Assembly: GCA_964201665.1 (NCBI GenBank)
Contig: CAXNEW010000006.1
Coordinates: 1 to 60,504 of the forward strand
Length of the DNA stretch: 60,504 bases
Direction of reading: 5' to 3'
Origin: Bdellovibrionota bacterium
GTDB lineage: Bacteria; Bdellovibrionota; UBA2428
Below, piece by piece: positions 37,787 through 47,115 of the stretch. The notes under the pieces are model-generated. The model had not been told where the DNA came from, ran no database searches, and saw only the letters and a list, made by a program, of their open reading frames with translations. A program made the translations under genes and the position numbers. How positions within the stretch are numbered: position 1 is the first letter of the stretch; every line of letters starts with the position of its first letter.

Positions 37787-40056
37787 AAACATTAAACCCT
37801 CTAAAACTCCTCGTGCTTTTACTGTGTGCGGGTTTTATCACCCACTTAAGTCATGCACAAACAAGGTCGCCCCTTAACAAGGGGGGTGGGCAACATGTAG
37901 GAAACGGTGGCGACGTCGTTTTTTGCCCATCGGGGCAACCTTTCCAGATTATGGCTCTTGATCTTTACGAGGCTATGGTGCGATTTAAATCCAAAAAACA
38001 GTTGGTATCCATTAACTGGCAACTTGCAAAAGACGATGAGCATCCCGAAGGTTTCAAAAATATTGGAGCCGAAGACCTTGCCTACAAACTTTTGGCTAAA
38101 GATATCCAAATCCCAATTCCTCAGCGGCAAGTTTTACAAGTGGGAATAGAAAATTGGACAAGTCAGGCGGCATTTCTAGAAGACATTGAACTCAACGATG
38201 TCCCTGATTCTCAACATGTAGGTATTCCCGAGGGCTGTAAGATTCGACAGCTCGTCGTGCAGGGCCCGCTTGTGGGACTCAATTTCAACCTGCAAGATAT
38301 TTACTATATTGTGGATCAAGCTCTTTGGGCCATGCTCCCTCGATTCCAGCAAGCTATGATGATTCTACATGAAATGTATTATCGCGATGAAGTTTTGCGC
38401 GGGGCCACTAACAGTCTCATCACGCGTTTCATTGTGGGCTCGATTGCTACTGAGTTTCTACAAAAAACCAAAGACGAGAAAACCGAAAATTTCAGTCTAA
38501 GGGGCTATGTTATTCCACAAGTTCTAATTGATCGAGCTGATACCACTGAGTGGAAATGGACAAATCTCGGGCTTGTGCACAAAGAAAAAGATTTGGTCTG
38601 GTGCCAAGGTGGGCTCAGTTTCGGCGGGGTGATGGTTGCGGATTCAATTCCGCAATTTGAAACCTTCGAATCTCAGCACCTGGTAAGTATTGAACATAAC
38701 AACCTTCTTCAGGACTGCTTCAGCAGCATGGGGCATAGGCGATGGCACCCAAGAACAAAATTCTCACGAAAAGTTTTTGTAGCGGACTCGAGTGGTGAAA
38801 AACTCGAGTACAGAGAAGTAACTTCGGAGGTGGTCCAGGTCGCGCTGAGCCCTGAGCAAATTGCGACCCGAAATTCCTCGTTCGATTCAGCTTTTTTTAT
38901 TGATAAAGTTGATTTTTTTGAACTCCCTCCTTTTCCGAGTTCCTTGCTTTCGCTAGATTCGCAATCCAAGAAACCTGAGATCTCTGAAAAGGAAGAGGCA
39001 GCTTCCCGAGACTCGCCTTCCAGCTTGCAGTTTGTTTTTGCACCTCGACCCAATCGATTGATTCAGGTGCTTGGGCAAAATATCGACCTGAGTCAGGGGG
39101 CAATCGCAGATATAACCTTTAAAGGAAAAGAGGGAGCAGGCCTTTCGCTTGCAAACTCAAAAGGTGTAAATATTCCTTTTTTCACTGAGCTCCAAGTGGC
39201 AGGGATTTCAACAAGCCAAAAAATCGGAATTTCAAGGTTAGAGTTCCACACAGTAAATGATGGATTTGGATATCAAGATATTTTGAGTCTCAACTTAGTT
39301 GAAGGTTCGGCTATTGAAGTTGAGACCGGACATCTCACTCGACCTTTTGCAAGGGCCTTTGTAGCGAAGTTAAAGTGCACGGGCGATCTGCCTATAAGTT
39401 TTTTAGCTAAAAACAATGTATTGGCCTTTTATAAGGCCTCTAATTTGTGTCGGCCGCTTGAGAATCTTCCCTCAGAAAGCGAGATAAAAGAAGTAACATT
39501 CGATTCGTGGAGTTATTGGGACATGGTTGGAAAAAAAGATTTTAGCTTTTCGGTAGGTGCGAATCCGTCAGGCTTACAGTTTCCAAAAAGGATTGTTTTT
39601 GACGATGCCAGAAACTTAAAGATTCGGTGGGGAATTAGCGAAATCTGGATTCCGGCCAAAGAGGTTTCAGGTAATCTGGTTAAGCTTGGTAACGTGTCAG
39701 AGAAATCAACGCTAAAGTTCAAGGGCTCCCCAGGTCCTGGAAGGCTGAAGTCACTCGCTGAACCTTCAGGAGTAAATGAATTTAAAGTCATGCTTCAGTC
39801 TGGAGCCACAATAAAAATGGGCTCTGAAAGTAAGGTCGACATTTTACCTGTGGCATCCACAGAATTAATTCCCGCGGCGTGGCGTGACGGTTCTGAGAAG
39901 GTCGTTTTGAAATGGTTGGAGTTTGATGACGAAAACCCACGCGGATATTTTTTACTCTCATATACTGAATCACTTAAAGAACAGGCGGCTGTTTTCATCG
40001 ATAGCTACGAGACTCAAAGTGGCTTTAGATCGCAGCCTTTGGAGCCTTTAAAGTAA
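37783..40056 (+). CDS. Large secreted hypothetical protein with N-terminal GG..VGNGGD motif
   Basis: Signal peptide; GGGQHVGNGGDVVFC, LDLYEA, GCKIRQLVVQ, ILHEMYY; ATGA overlap with the regulator. Confidence 0.7.
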   Translation: MKTLNPLKLLVLLLCAGFITHLSHAQTRSPLNKGGGQHVGNGGDVVFCPSGQPFQIMALDLYEAMVRFKSKKQLVSINWQLAKDDEHPEGFKNIGAEDLAYKLLAKDIQIPIPQRQVLQVGIENWTSQAAFLEDIELNDVPDSQHVGIPEGCKIRQLVVQGPLVGLNFNLQDIYYIVDQALWAMLPRFQQAMMILHEMYYRDEVLRGATNSLITRFIVGSIATEFLQKTKDEKTENFSLRGYVIPQVLIDRADTTEWKWTNLGLVHKEKDLVWCQGGLSFGGVMVADSIPQFETFESQHLVSIEHNNLLQDCFSSMGHRRWHPRTKFSRKVFVADSSGEKLEYREVTSEVVQVALSPEQIATRNSSFDSAFFIDKVDFFELPPFPSSLLSLDSQSKKPEISEKEEAASRDSPSSLQFVFAPRPNRLIQVLGQNIDLSQGAIADITFKGKEGAGLSLANSKGVNIPFFTELQVAGISTSQKIGISRLEFHTVNDGFGYQDILSLNLVEGSAIEVETGHLTRPFARAFVAKLKCTGDLPISFLAKNNVLAFYKASNLCRPLENLPSESEIKEVTFDSWSYWDMVGKKDFSFSVGANPSGLQFPKRIVFDDARNLKIRWGISEIWIPAKEVSGNLVKLGNVSEKSTLKFKGSPGPGRLKSLAEPSGVNEFKVMLQSGATIKMGSESKVDILPVASTELIPAAWRDGSEKVVLKWLEFDDENPRGYFLLSYTESLKEQAAVFIDSYETQSGFRSQPLEPLK

Positions 40057-40075
40057 AACAGCGTGAGCCACGAGG

Positions 40076-40183
40076 CTTTATGAAAAGTTCAAATTCATCC
40101 AGGTTGGAGTCCGTAAGAAATATTACAAAACGGGCGACGACGCATGGGTGATGAAAAGGGAATGTTTAGGTTTTCAACCCTGA
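40076..40183 (+). pseudogene. Second copy of the rimI 3' end (att-like remnant)
   Basis: Translates LYEKFKFIQVGVRKKYYKTGDDAWVMK..*; 27 bp (40121-40147) identical to 36717-36743. Confidence 0.92.
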
Positions 40184-40230
40184 TTTTTTGATTGCGAACG
40201 AGCTACCAAAACGGCTAAGTCACCCCCGGA

Positions 40231-42903
40231 ATGAAGATTCTTTCGGGTTTCAAAAAAGTAACCGTTTTTTGTTTGATTCTTTTGGTGGTCGTTTCGACTC
40301 CACCCGTAGTCGCTGGGCCTGAAACCCAAATTGTTATCTCAGATGCTGCATTCGAAGTTTCTGAGGGTTTCGACTTCAATTTGGGCATACCCGACCATTT
40401 AACTGAGCCGCGGGATCGAAAATTCTACATGTTGGTCCGTGAAAAAAATTCGGACTTTCACTTAAGAAGACTGTTTGAAAATGAACTTTTTAAGCTCGAA
40501 TACAAGCCCGAAAACAGAGTCTTGTTTGATGCCCAACTGGCAAGCTTTACTCAGCGATTTCCCCAACTTTTAAAAGGGCATCTTGAACAGACACTCAAAG
40601 AATTCCCGCACACGGGGCAGAATGTGGAGGGAGGTCGGATTCTAACAATTCCACAGGGGCTTGAATTTTGGATTCGATTGGTGAGCCATCCCAACCCCGA
40701 AAAGAAAGTAGCGGGACTCATTTTTTTGGCCCGCCCCTTTGCTGACGATTTATCAGGATTGCCTGGCCGGCTGGTAGAACTTTTGACGGATACCCATTCG
40801 CCAAAAACTCAGATTCTACGATCGGATCAGTTTACTGAAAAGGAAATGCAGATTCTGATTCAGTTCGCCCAGACAAAGGAGTTTTCTGTTTCTAAACACG
40901 GAAACTATGTACTTATTGGCAAGGGTCAGAGTTTTGACCTTTTTCGAGAGTTGTTTTTTGAAGCCAAAAAATTAGTGGATCCTGTGCTTCAAACGAAATT
41001 TGTGAGAGTTTTAAATTTTCTTTCATCCCAGGGAATCAGCGTCGAAATGGACGAGAACCAGGGTGCCGCTGCGTATTTTGCCCTTGGCCAAAAGAGAATT
41101 GCCTTTGTTATGCCAAGTCGAATTGATCTCGATACTCTCACTCATGAAGCCACCCATGGGCGATTTGATAGGTTTTTAGAAACCTTTGGCAAATGGATTC
41201 GTGGCAAAAACTACGCCGTACCTTACGAAGTTGATGGGCCCTCAAACGCGATTTTTTCGAATTTTGGGGGCTATATGAGCCTTCTCAACGAACTGAATTC
41301 TTGGCGTGTCGGTAGTTCGTTTTCAGATAAACTGACCGATGAGGAGATTTTGAAAATTCTCGAAGAGTCTTACGGGCGCCAAGCCGGATTTAAAGCGGCC
41401 AACGATTTTGACAATCTGTGGCCAGCCTCTCGCGTGGAAAACAAATCTGTTCCCTCTCTCATTGTTGAGGCCACCCGAAGTCTCAATGAAATGTCGAATT
41501 CTCAGGTTCTGGATTACGGCAAAAGATCTCTGACCACTCAAGACGAAATGGGACAACATAATTTTCTGCGACTGGTGCTAGCGCGATTTAAACCAGACAT
41601 GATTCCAGATGATCTATTAGAGGTTGTAGCCGCTTTTCAGCACCAGGGTTCGATTAAGAGGGTTCGAGACCTCGCACAAAGGGTTTTTGAGCGTAGGCTT
41701 CCCAAATTTGATTCTCCTGCTAAAGAGCCCCTCGATGCTGTAGCGATTGTCCCTCAGCAGTTTGACGCCCTTTGGAAAGAATTTCTGAATGAACCCACCT
41801 CCGAAATTAACGATGCGTTGGTTGAGAGTCATTCTCGACATTTTCGCGCCGAGCATCTTAGAAAATTATTCGCCCTAGCTTTTGACGATGAACAACAGGG
41901 AGATCATCGGACTCAAGCGTTTAAACTGCTGGAAGCCCTCTTTGAAAAACTGGGATTTGATTGTATCTACGAACCCTCAGAATATTCCGGGATGGTGGCC
42001 TTACAGCAATCGATGAACCGGACGAATAATCGGCCGCTCGATGCGGACCTCCCCGTCTCAAGACCGAGCAACCCCACTCATTGGCTGTTCAATACTCAGA
42101 CTGACGCCCTTATTGCTGAAAAAATGTTTAACGGAAGGCCCGGAGCTTATCGTCTGGATTTGATTAATTTTATTACGAGTCACACTTATCCCGGTGAATT
42201 GCCATTGCTGGGTAGGCGTCTAGTTGATGTGATTAGTCGCGATGGGGCACTTCTAGACAAAAATGATTTTTGGGTGGCCCGTATGTTTTTGGTTCCAGCT
42301 AAATCGATTATGTATAAAACTCATTTGGTGTGGGGTGAGTTCGTTGCTAACGCTGTGATGAATGATCAAAGCCCCCAGCCCACAGCACTCGAGTTTGTGG
42401 CAGAGTTCTATCGCCTGGCCGTCAGCAAGGTCTTGCCCCTAAGAGTTACGCGAGTTTCCATGACGGGAAGGTTAGATGAAACAGTTCGTCGTGATTTCAA
42501 AGCCAGTTTAAGAAAGGCGACATCGCGACAGAAATTCCTTCTTAAAAAAGGGACACAAACACTTTGGCAACTTTTGGGGAATGAGAGCGTACAAATCAGA
42601 AGAGCAGCTAGATACGCGATTGCATCGCATCCTGGTTTTTTACTTGAACTGGAATCTTCTTTAATTAAATCGCTAAAAGGCTCTAACGCCATCTATCGGA
42701 CCGAGGCCATCTCTCTGATTTCTTATGTGAAGCCGGGATTTTTTTCGAAAATTGATCGAGTTTTGGATGACCCCACTATGACACTAACCCCGGAGGAGAA
42801 AGCAATATTGAGTTTAAGACGATCTCCTCAGAGTCAAGTTTCAAACTGCTCCGAAAGCCTTTTCCAAGTTGTTATAGAATTGCCGAAAAGAAAGATTATT
42901 TAA
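40231..42903 (+). CDS. Large secreted hypothetical protein with HExxH motif and HEAT-like C-terminus
   Basis: Signal peptide; LTHEATHG plus downstream LLNELNS; LLGNESVQIRRAARYAI. Confidence 0.65.
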   Translation: MKILSGFKKVTVFCLILLVVVSTPPVVAGPETQIVISDAAFEVSEGFDFNLGIPDHLTEPRDRKFYMLVREKNSDFHLRRLFENELFKLEYKPENRVLFDAQLASFTQRFPQLLKGHLEQTLKEFPHTGQNVEGGRILTIPQGLEFWIRLVSHPNPEKKVAGLIFLARPFADDLSGLPGRLVELLTDTHSPKTQILRSDQFTEKEMQILIQFAQTKEFSVSKHGNYVLIGKGQSFDLFRELFFEAKKLVDPVLQTKFVRVLNFLSSQGISVEMDENQGAAAYFALGQKRIAFVMPSRIDLDTLTHEATHGRFDRFLETFGKWIRGKNYAVPYEVDGPSNAIFSNFGGYMSLLNELNSWRVGSSFSDKLTDEEILKILEESYGRQAGFKAANDFDNLWPASRVENKSVPSLIVEATRSLNEMSNSQVLDYGKRSLTTQDEMGQHNFLRLVLARFKPDMIPDDLLEVVAAFQHQGSIKRVRDLAQRVFERRLPKFDSPAKEPLDAVAIVPQQFDALWKEFLNEPTSEINDALVESHSRHFRAEHLRKLFALAFDDEQQGDHRTQAFKLLEALFEKLGFDCIYEPSEYSGMVALQQSMNRTNNRPLDADLPVSRPSNPTHWLFNTQTDALIAEKMFNGRPGAYRLDLINFITSHTYPGELPLLGRRLVDVISRDGALLDKNDFWVARMFLVPAKSIMYKTHLVWGEFVANAVMNDQSPQPTALEFVAEFYRLAVSKVLPLRVTRVSMTGRLDETVRRDFKASLRKATSRQKFLLKKGTQTLWQLLGNESVQIRRAARYAIASHPGFLLELESSLIKSLKGSNAIYRTEAISLISYVKPGFFSKIDRVLDDPTMTLTPEEKAILSLRRSPQSQVSNCSESLFQVVIELPKRKII

Positions 42904-42933
42904 ACCCAACCCCCTAAAATAGGGTGTCGAGGT

Positions 42934-43032
42934 TTGTTTAAAAAATTCAAGTTTTTTCAGGTTAGAGTCGGAGTGAAATACTATATGAATGGGGACGACG
43001 CATGGCTGATGTTAACGGAAATGAGCTTTTAA
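42934..43032 (+). pseudogene. Third, more decayed copy of the rimI 3' end, overlapping the pyrK start
   Basis: Translates LFKKFKFFQVRVGVKYYMNGDDAWLMLTEMSF*; contains the pyrK ATG at 43002. Confidence 0.85.
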
Positions 43033-43826
43033 GCTTTCACGCAAAAAGTTGGTCTGAGTGGCCGGGGCGATTGGTTAAACCCCCCCGACGGGGGTCAGAG
43101 ATTGATTTTCATTTTAATATTGAGGTTCCGGGTTTTCGTGCCTGGACTCCAGGACAGTTTGTGATGCTCAGGTGGGGCCAACATTTAACGGGTCGACCCT
43201 TCGCCATTTTTGAATGGAAACAGGCCGGGCCGAATTCTTCTCAGCTTCACTTGCTTATTCGAAATGCCGGTGAGGGCACAGCTGAGTTTATAAAAAATGC
43301 TCAAGCCCAAGATTTAGTTTGGGTGCGCGGGCCTTTAGGTCAAGTTCCGTTTGCGGCTGATCTGACTGAAGATCTTAGGCCTTGGATTTTTTTAAGCGAG
43401 GGCGCCAGGCTTGCCGGTGTTTTTGCGATGATTCATTTGCGACGTAAACTTCAACTTCAGCAGCAACTTCCAACTGATTTTTGGTGGCACACGGAGACTC
43501 GAAAAGAATTCATGGACGCTGAAATTCATTCGCGGGCGTACGTTAAACCCGATGCAATTGGTTTTTCTGAAACCCAAATTCTGATACCTGAAAATCTTGA
43601 TCTCACAAAGTATTCAAAGGTGATTGCAGTGGGTAGTGAAGACTTTCAAAATTCGTGGGCAAAACTTGCCAACCAGTATTCAAACCTTGATGGAAATTTA
43701 TGGCTTCGTAGAGACGCGCCCATGGCTTGTGGAATCGGACTTTGTTTTAGCTGCACGGTTGAGACGGCTCAAGGGCCCCAGCGAAGTTGCCTTGAGGGAC
43801 CCTGGTTTGAGGGGAGTCTCAAATGA
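43002..43826 (+). CDS. pyrK: Dihydroorotate dehydrogenase electron-transfer subunit (divergent)
   Basis: PGQFVML, RPFAI, RGPLG, MACGIGLCFSC..SCLEGP [2Fe-2S] motif. Confidence 0.85.
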   Translation: MADVNGNELLSFHAKSWSEWPGRLVKPPRRGSEIDFHFNIEVPGFRAWTPGQFVMLRWGQHLTGRPFAIFEWKQAGPNSSQLHLLIRNAGEGTAEFIKNAQAQDLVWVRGPLGQVPFAADLTEDLRPWIFLSEGARLAGVFAMIHLRRKLQLQQQLPTDFWWHTETRKEFMDAEIHSRAYVKPDAIGFSETQILIPENLDLTKYSKVIAVGSEDFQNSWAKLANQYSNLDGNLWLRRDAPMACGIGLCFSCTVETAQGPQRSCLEGPWFEGSLK

Positions 43827-44719
43827 ATTCATCTCTTTTGGGTCCCATGAAATTTTTGGGCCGCGAATACGAGAGTCCGATTTGGGCCGCTTCGGGTTGC
43901 TATGGTTGGTATGTCGAGGCCCAAGACGGTGAATTTTTGCCCCAAAAGAATTTGGGCGCTGTAGTTTTGAAAGGACTTTCATTTGAGGCTGAAAGGGGCG
44001 CTCCGCAGCCTCGAATTTGGGAAATGGGCGAGGGGCTAGGGCTTGTAAACGCAATTGGTTTACAGAATCCCGGCTTTGATAAATTTAAAACAGATTATTT
44101 AAATCGATTTTTAAAAACCCAAAAACCAAAGCATCCCTTATGGCTAAATATTTACGGAAAAAAAACTGAAGAATATGTCAAACTCATAAAAAGCTTAGTT
44201 GGCGAAATTGAAAATCTAGATGTGAAAGGAAGCCAAGGAGTTTTTGCGGGATTTGAAATCAATATTTCGTGCCCAAATGTGGAAAAGGGCGGACTTGAAT
44301 TCTCTCAAGATTTAAGTGTTTTAAATAAATTACTAACCGAAATTAAATTAGTTTCGCGAAATTGGCCGATTCTTGTTAAATTCTCGGCAGCTGAAAGCTC
44401 GAGCGGAATTTTAGAAAAAGCCAAAATTTGCGCTGATAGCGGCATTTCGGGAATCACACTCTGCAACACTTTGCCCGCGCGCCCGCCAAAGGGAAAAATT
44501 GGACGAGGCTCGGGTGGACTTTCAGGCCCCACGCTTAAATTGCAGTCTTTGCGTCTTATTGAATCTGTCGCCGGCAAGTGCGGTGATTTGAAAATAGTGG
44601 CTTGCGGAGGAATCGATGGATTAGAGGCCGCAGGCCAGGCACAGTCAGCCGGAGCTGAAATTTTTCAGGTCGGAACCCAAGTACTTCGCGACCCCTGGTT
44701 TTTTGATCGTTTGAAATAA
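43823..44719 (+). CDS. pyrD: Dihydroorotate dehydrogenase class 1B catalytic subunit
   Basis: ASG, NAIGLQNPG, EINISCPN, GGLSGP. Confidence 0.92.
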   Translation: MNSSLLGPMKFLGREYESPIWAASGCYGWYVEAQDGEFLPQKNLGAVVLKGLSFEAERGAPQPRIWEMGEGLGLVNAIGLQNPGFDKFKTDYLNRFLKTQKPKHPLWLNIYGKKTEEYVKLIKSLVGEIENLDVKGSQGVFAGFEINISCPNVEKGGLEFSQDLSVLNKLLTEIKLVSRNWPILVKFSAAESSSGILEKAKICADSGISGITLCNTLPARPPKGKIGRGSGGLSGPTLKLQSLRLIESVAGKCGDLKIVACGGIDGLEAAGQAQSAGAEIFQVGTQVLRDPWFFDRLK

Positions 44720-44813
44720 ATTAACTAAAGATTGCCAAAAATGGGCAGCTAACTGGAAAAACTTTAGCCATAGCCTCGCTCCTTAAATGACTGAAAACTT
44801 AAGTTTGATCACT

Positions 44814-44829
44814 CGGCACAAAGCTTGCA
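44814..44829 (+). promoter_or_regulatory. Putative sigma54 promoter
   Basis: CGGCACA-AAGC-TTGCA upstream of the GGAG RBS of 44857. Confidence 0.6.
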
Positions 44830-44856
44830 AACACTCCTAGCCATGGAGATAGCAAA

Positions 44857-45231
44857 ATGAAAAACTCATTACTTACCCTCGGACTTGGATTTGGTTTAGG
44901 CTTTTTAGCTGTTTCCTTTTTTGTGGGGCCTCAAAAAGTTCAAGCTGAAATCACGGGGCGAGTGCGTGCCCATCAGGCCCGAAAGCCGCTATCTGAGGCC
45001 CGGGCTGAGAGTCTCAATAATAACTATTTTCACAAAAAGAAGTATGGAAAAACAAAGGCTTCTAAAGTTGTTAAAAAAACAGAGTCCTTTAAGAAGAAAT
45101 CCGTCGTAATAAAATCAAAAAAACTTGAGAAGAAAAAAATCGTGTCAAAGTCTCAAAAAAAATCACTGAAGAAAAAAGCACAAGCCTCTTCAAAAAAGAA
45201 AAGGCCCTTAGTGCTCGATTTTACGAGCTAA
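44857..45231 (+). CDS. Small exported/membrane-anchored Lys-rich hypothetical protein
   Basis: N-terminal hydrophobic segment, very basic tail, RBS. Confidence 0.6.
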   Translation: MKNSLLTLGLGFGLGFLAVSFFVGPQKVQAEITGRVRAHQARKPLSEARAESLNNNYFHKKKYGKTKASKVVKKTESFKKKSVVIKSKKLEKKKIVSKSQKKSLKKKAQASSKKKRPLVLDFTS

Positions 45232-45614
45232 TCTCGCATTTTGACTCTGATTTTATAGTGCGCACTTGAAGTGTAAGTTGTTTTTGTTCCGTCAGTAGTC
45301 TTTTTCTTGGCTCCGCAGCTAATAACTAAAACTCGGTTATCGGTATTCAATTCTCGAATTTCTTTTTTCCAGGTGTCACAAGCTTCTTTCCAACTCGTTA
45401 AAGCCCGTTTGGAGTCAAACTCTTCATCACCTGAAATTTCGTCTGTTCCCGATATAATTTCATAGTTTTTTTCAGGAAGTGCTTTTTCGCCCTTTCTAAC
45501 GGTGATTGTCGTATCACCGTCGGCCTTGATGTCTTCGATTTTCATCTGGGCCTTTTGGGCAAAACTTGGGGTACCTGTTAAAGCTAAAAAAACCAATAAA
45601 CTGAAGTTTCTCAT
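45228..45614 (-). CDS. Small secreted hypothetical protein
   Basis: Signal peptide; SWKEACDTWKKE..ISCG. Confidence 0.7.
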   Translation of the reverse strand: MRNFSLLVFLALTGTPSFAQKAQMKIEDIKADGDTTITVRKGEKALPEKNYEIISGTDEISGDEEFDSKRALTSWKEACDTWKKEIRELNTDNRVLVISCGAKKKTTDGTKTTYTSSAHYKIRVKMRD

Positions 45615-45785
45615 GGGTTAAACAGTAGCCCTTTTGGGTTTTGGTGTAAAAATTCTAGACACCCGGGTGCCGATTTCAGGCATTTTGAGGGTTTTTTAAG
45701 TGCGAGTCTCAAAAAGTCGACCCGGCTACGTCTGCTAAGTGGCCGAAACTAATGGCAAATTCTTGTTAAGTTCAAGTTAAGATTT

Positions 45786-45801
45786 TGGCATGCAGCCTGC
45801 A
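45786..45801 (+). promoter_or_regulatory. Putative sigma54 promoter of the S8 protease
   Basis: TGGCATG-CAGC-CTGCA; TGT-N11-ACA dyad at 45645-45661. Confidence 0.6.
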
Positions 45802-45855
45802 ACATCTTTAAAAAGGCGTATTTCTTGGTTTTGGCCTATATGAGGAGAAGTTTCG

Positions 45856-47106
45856 ATGAAAACAAAAGTGATTGCAGGATTTTCAAGACTGGCAAATTCA
45901 GCGGTAGTGCTGTCCCTAATTTTAGGGCCCGTTAATGGTAGGACCTCGAGTTTAGCGACTCAGGCTTGGGGATTAAATGGCAGTTTTGGTTTGGGAGTTT
46001 CAGGTGCTCGCAATCTAATGCTGACTTCTTGCGAAAATTCAGAGGTCGTTATTGCCGTTATCGACACCGGAATCGACATGGCACATCCGGCTTTAGCAAA
46101 ATCTCTTTGGGTGAATAATGCAGAAAAAAATGGAAAGCCTGGAGTTGATGACGACCGAAATGGTTTTGTTGATGATGTCCATGGCTGGGATTTTGTAAAA
46201 AAATCTGGCGCACTGACTGATGGTCATGGTCATGGCACTCATATTTCTGGAATCATTTCTGCTCAGGGCTCGAGTCCTGAAGAGGATTTCAGTGGTACCT
46301 GTCCTGGTGCGAAAATCATGTCACTTCGTTATTACGATCCCAATGCGCGGGGTGATGAAAATCTTATCAATACCGTTCGTGCAATTGATTACGCCGTTAA
46401 AATGAATGTGGATATTATTAACTATTCAGGTGGCGGAAATTCCTTTTCTTCTAAAGAATTTGAAGCTCTCAAAGGAGCCCAGGGCGCTGGGGTCTTAGTT
46501 GTGGCTGCTGCCGGTAACGAAACCAACCAGACAGACGAAAAACCCTACTACCCTGCAAACTATGATTTAAAAAATATTATTTCTGTTGCCGCAATCAACG
46601 AATCTGGGTTCAAACTTTCTCGTTCAAACTATGGAGTGCGAACCGTTCATTTGGCGGCTCCTGGGCAAAGTATTTTGTCGACTCTCCCTGGTGGGAGCTA
46701 CGGGTTTTTATCGGGTACCTCCCAGGCTACGGCCTTCGTGACGGGTATCGCTGCTATTATTTTAACTGAAGCTAAAAACTATTTAGCACCCAAAACAAAA
46801 GTTGAAAAAGTACGCCTTGTTCGCGAGTGGATTCAAGAGGGCACTGAGTCTGTGGCGACTCTAAAAAACATGGTTTCTACGGGTGGCCGAGCCTCAGCCC
46901 TAAAGACAATTCAGTTAGTACAGACCCGAATCGGCACAGCGCCTAAAAAAGACGCGAATACAAAAAATATTCAAGCAAGTAACCCTGTCAAAGAAGTTCG
47001 CAAAGATCCGCGCCCCGCATCGCTAGCAGACAGTAACGAGTTAGTGACCTTTTCTGTCCGAAGTCTCGATACCAAAAAGAAGAATAAACGGAAAAGAAAT
47101 TTGTGA
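45856..47106 (+). CDS. Subtilisin-family (S8) serine protease lacking a prodomain
   Basis: AVIDTG, HGHGTH, AAAGN, GTSQA; mature-domain QAWGL directly follows the signal region. Confidence 0.93.
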   Translation: MKTKVIAGFSRLANSAVVLSLILGPVNGRTSSLATQAWGLNGSFGLGVSGARNLMLTSCENSEVVIAVIDTGIDMAHPALAKSLWVNNAEKNGKPGVDDDRNGFVDDVHGWDFVKKSGALTDGHGHGTHISGIISAQGSSPEEDFSGTCPGAKIMSLRYYDPNARGDENLINTVRAIDYAVKMNVDIINYSGGGNSFSSKEFEALKGAQGAGVLVVAAAGNETNQTDEKPYYPANYDLKNIISVAAINESGFKLSRSNYGVRTVHLAAPGQSILSTLPGGSYGFLSGTSQATAFVTGIAAIILTEAKNYLAPKTKVEKVRLVREWIQEGTESVATLKNMVSTGGRASALKTIQLVQTRIGTAPKKDANTKNIQASNPVKEVRKDPRPASLADSNELVTFSVRSLDTKKKNKRKRNL

Positions 47107-47115
47107 AGTGATCCC

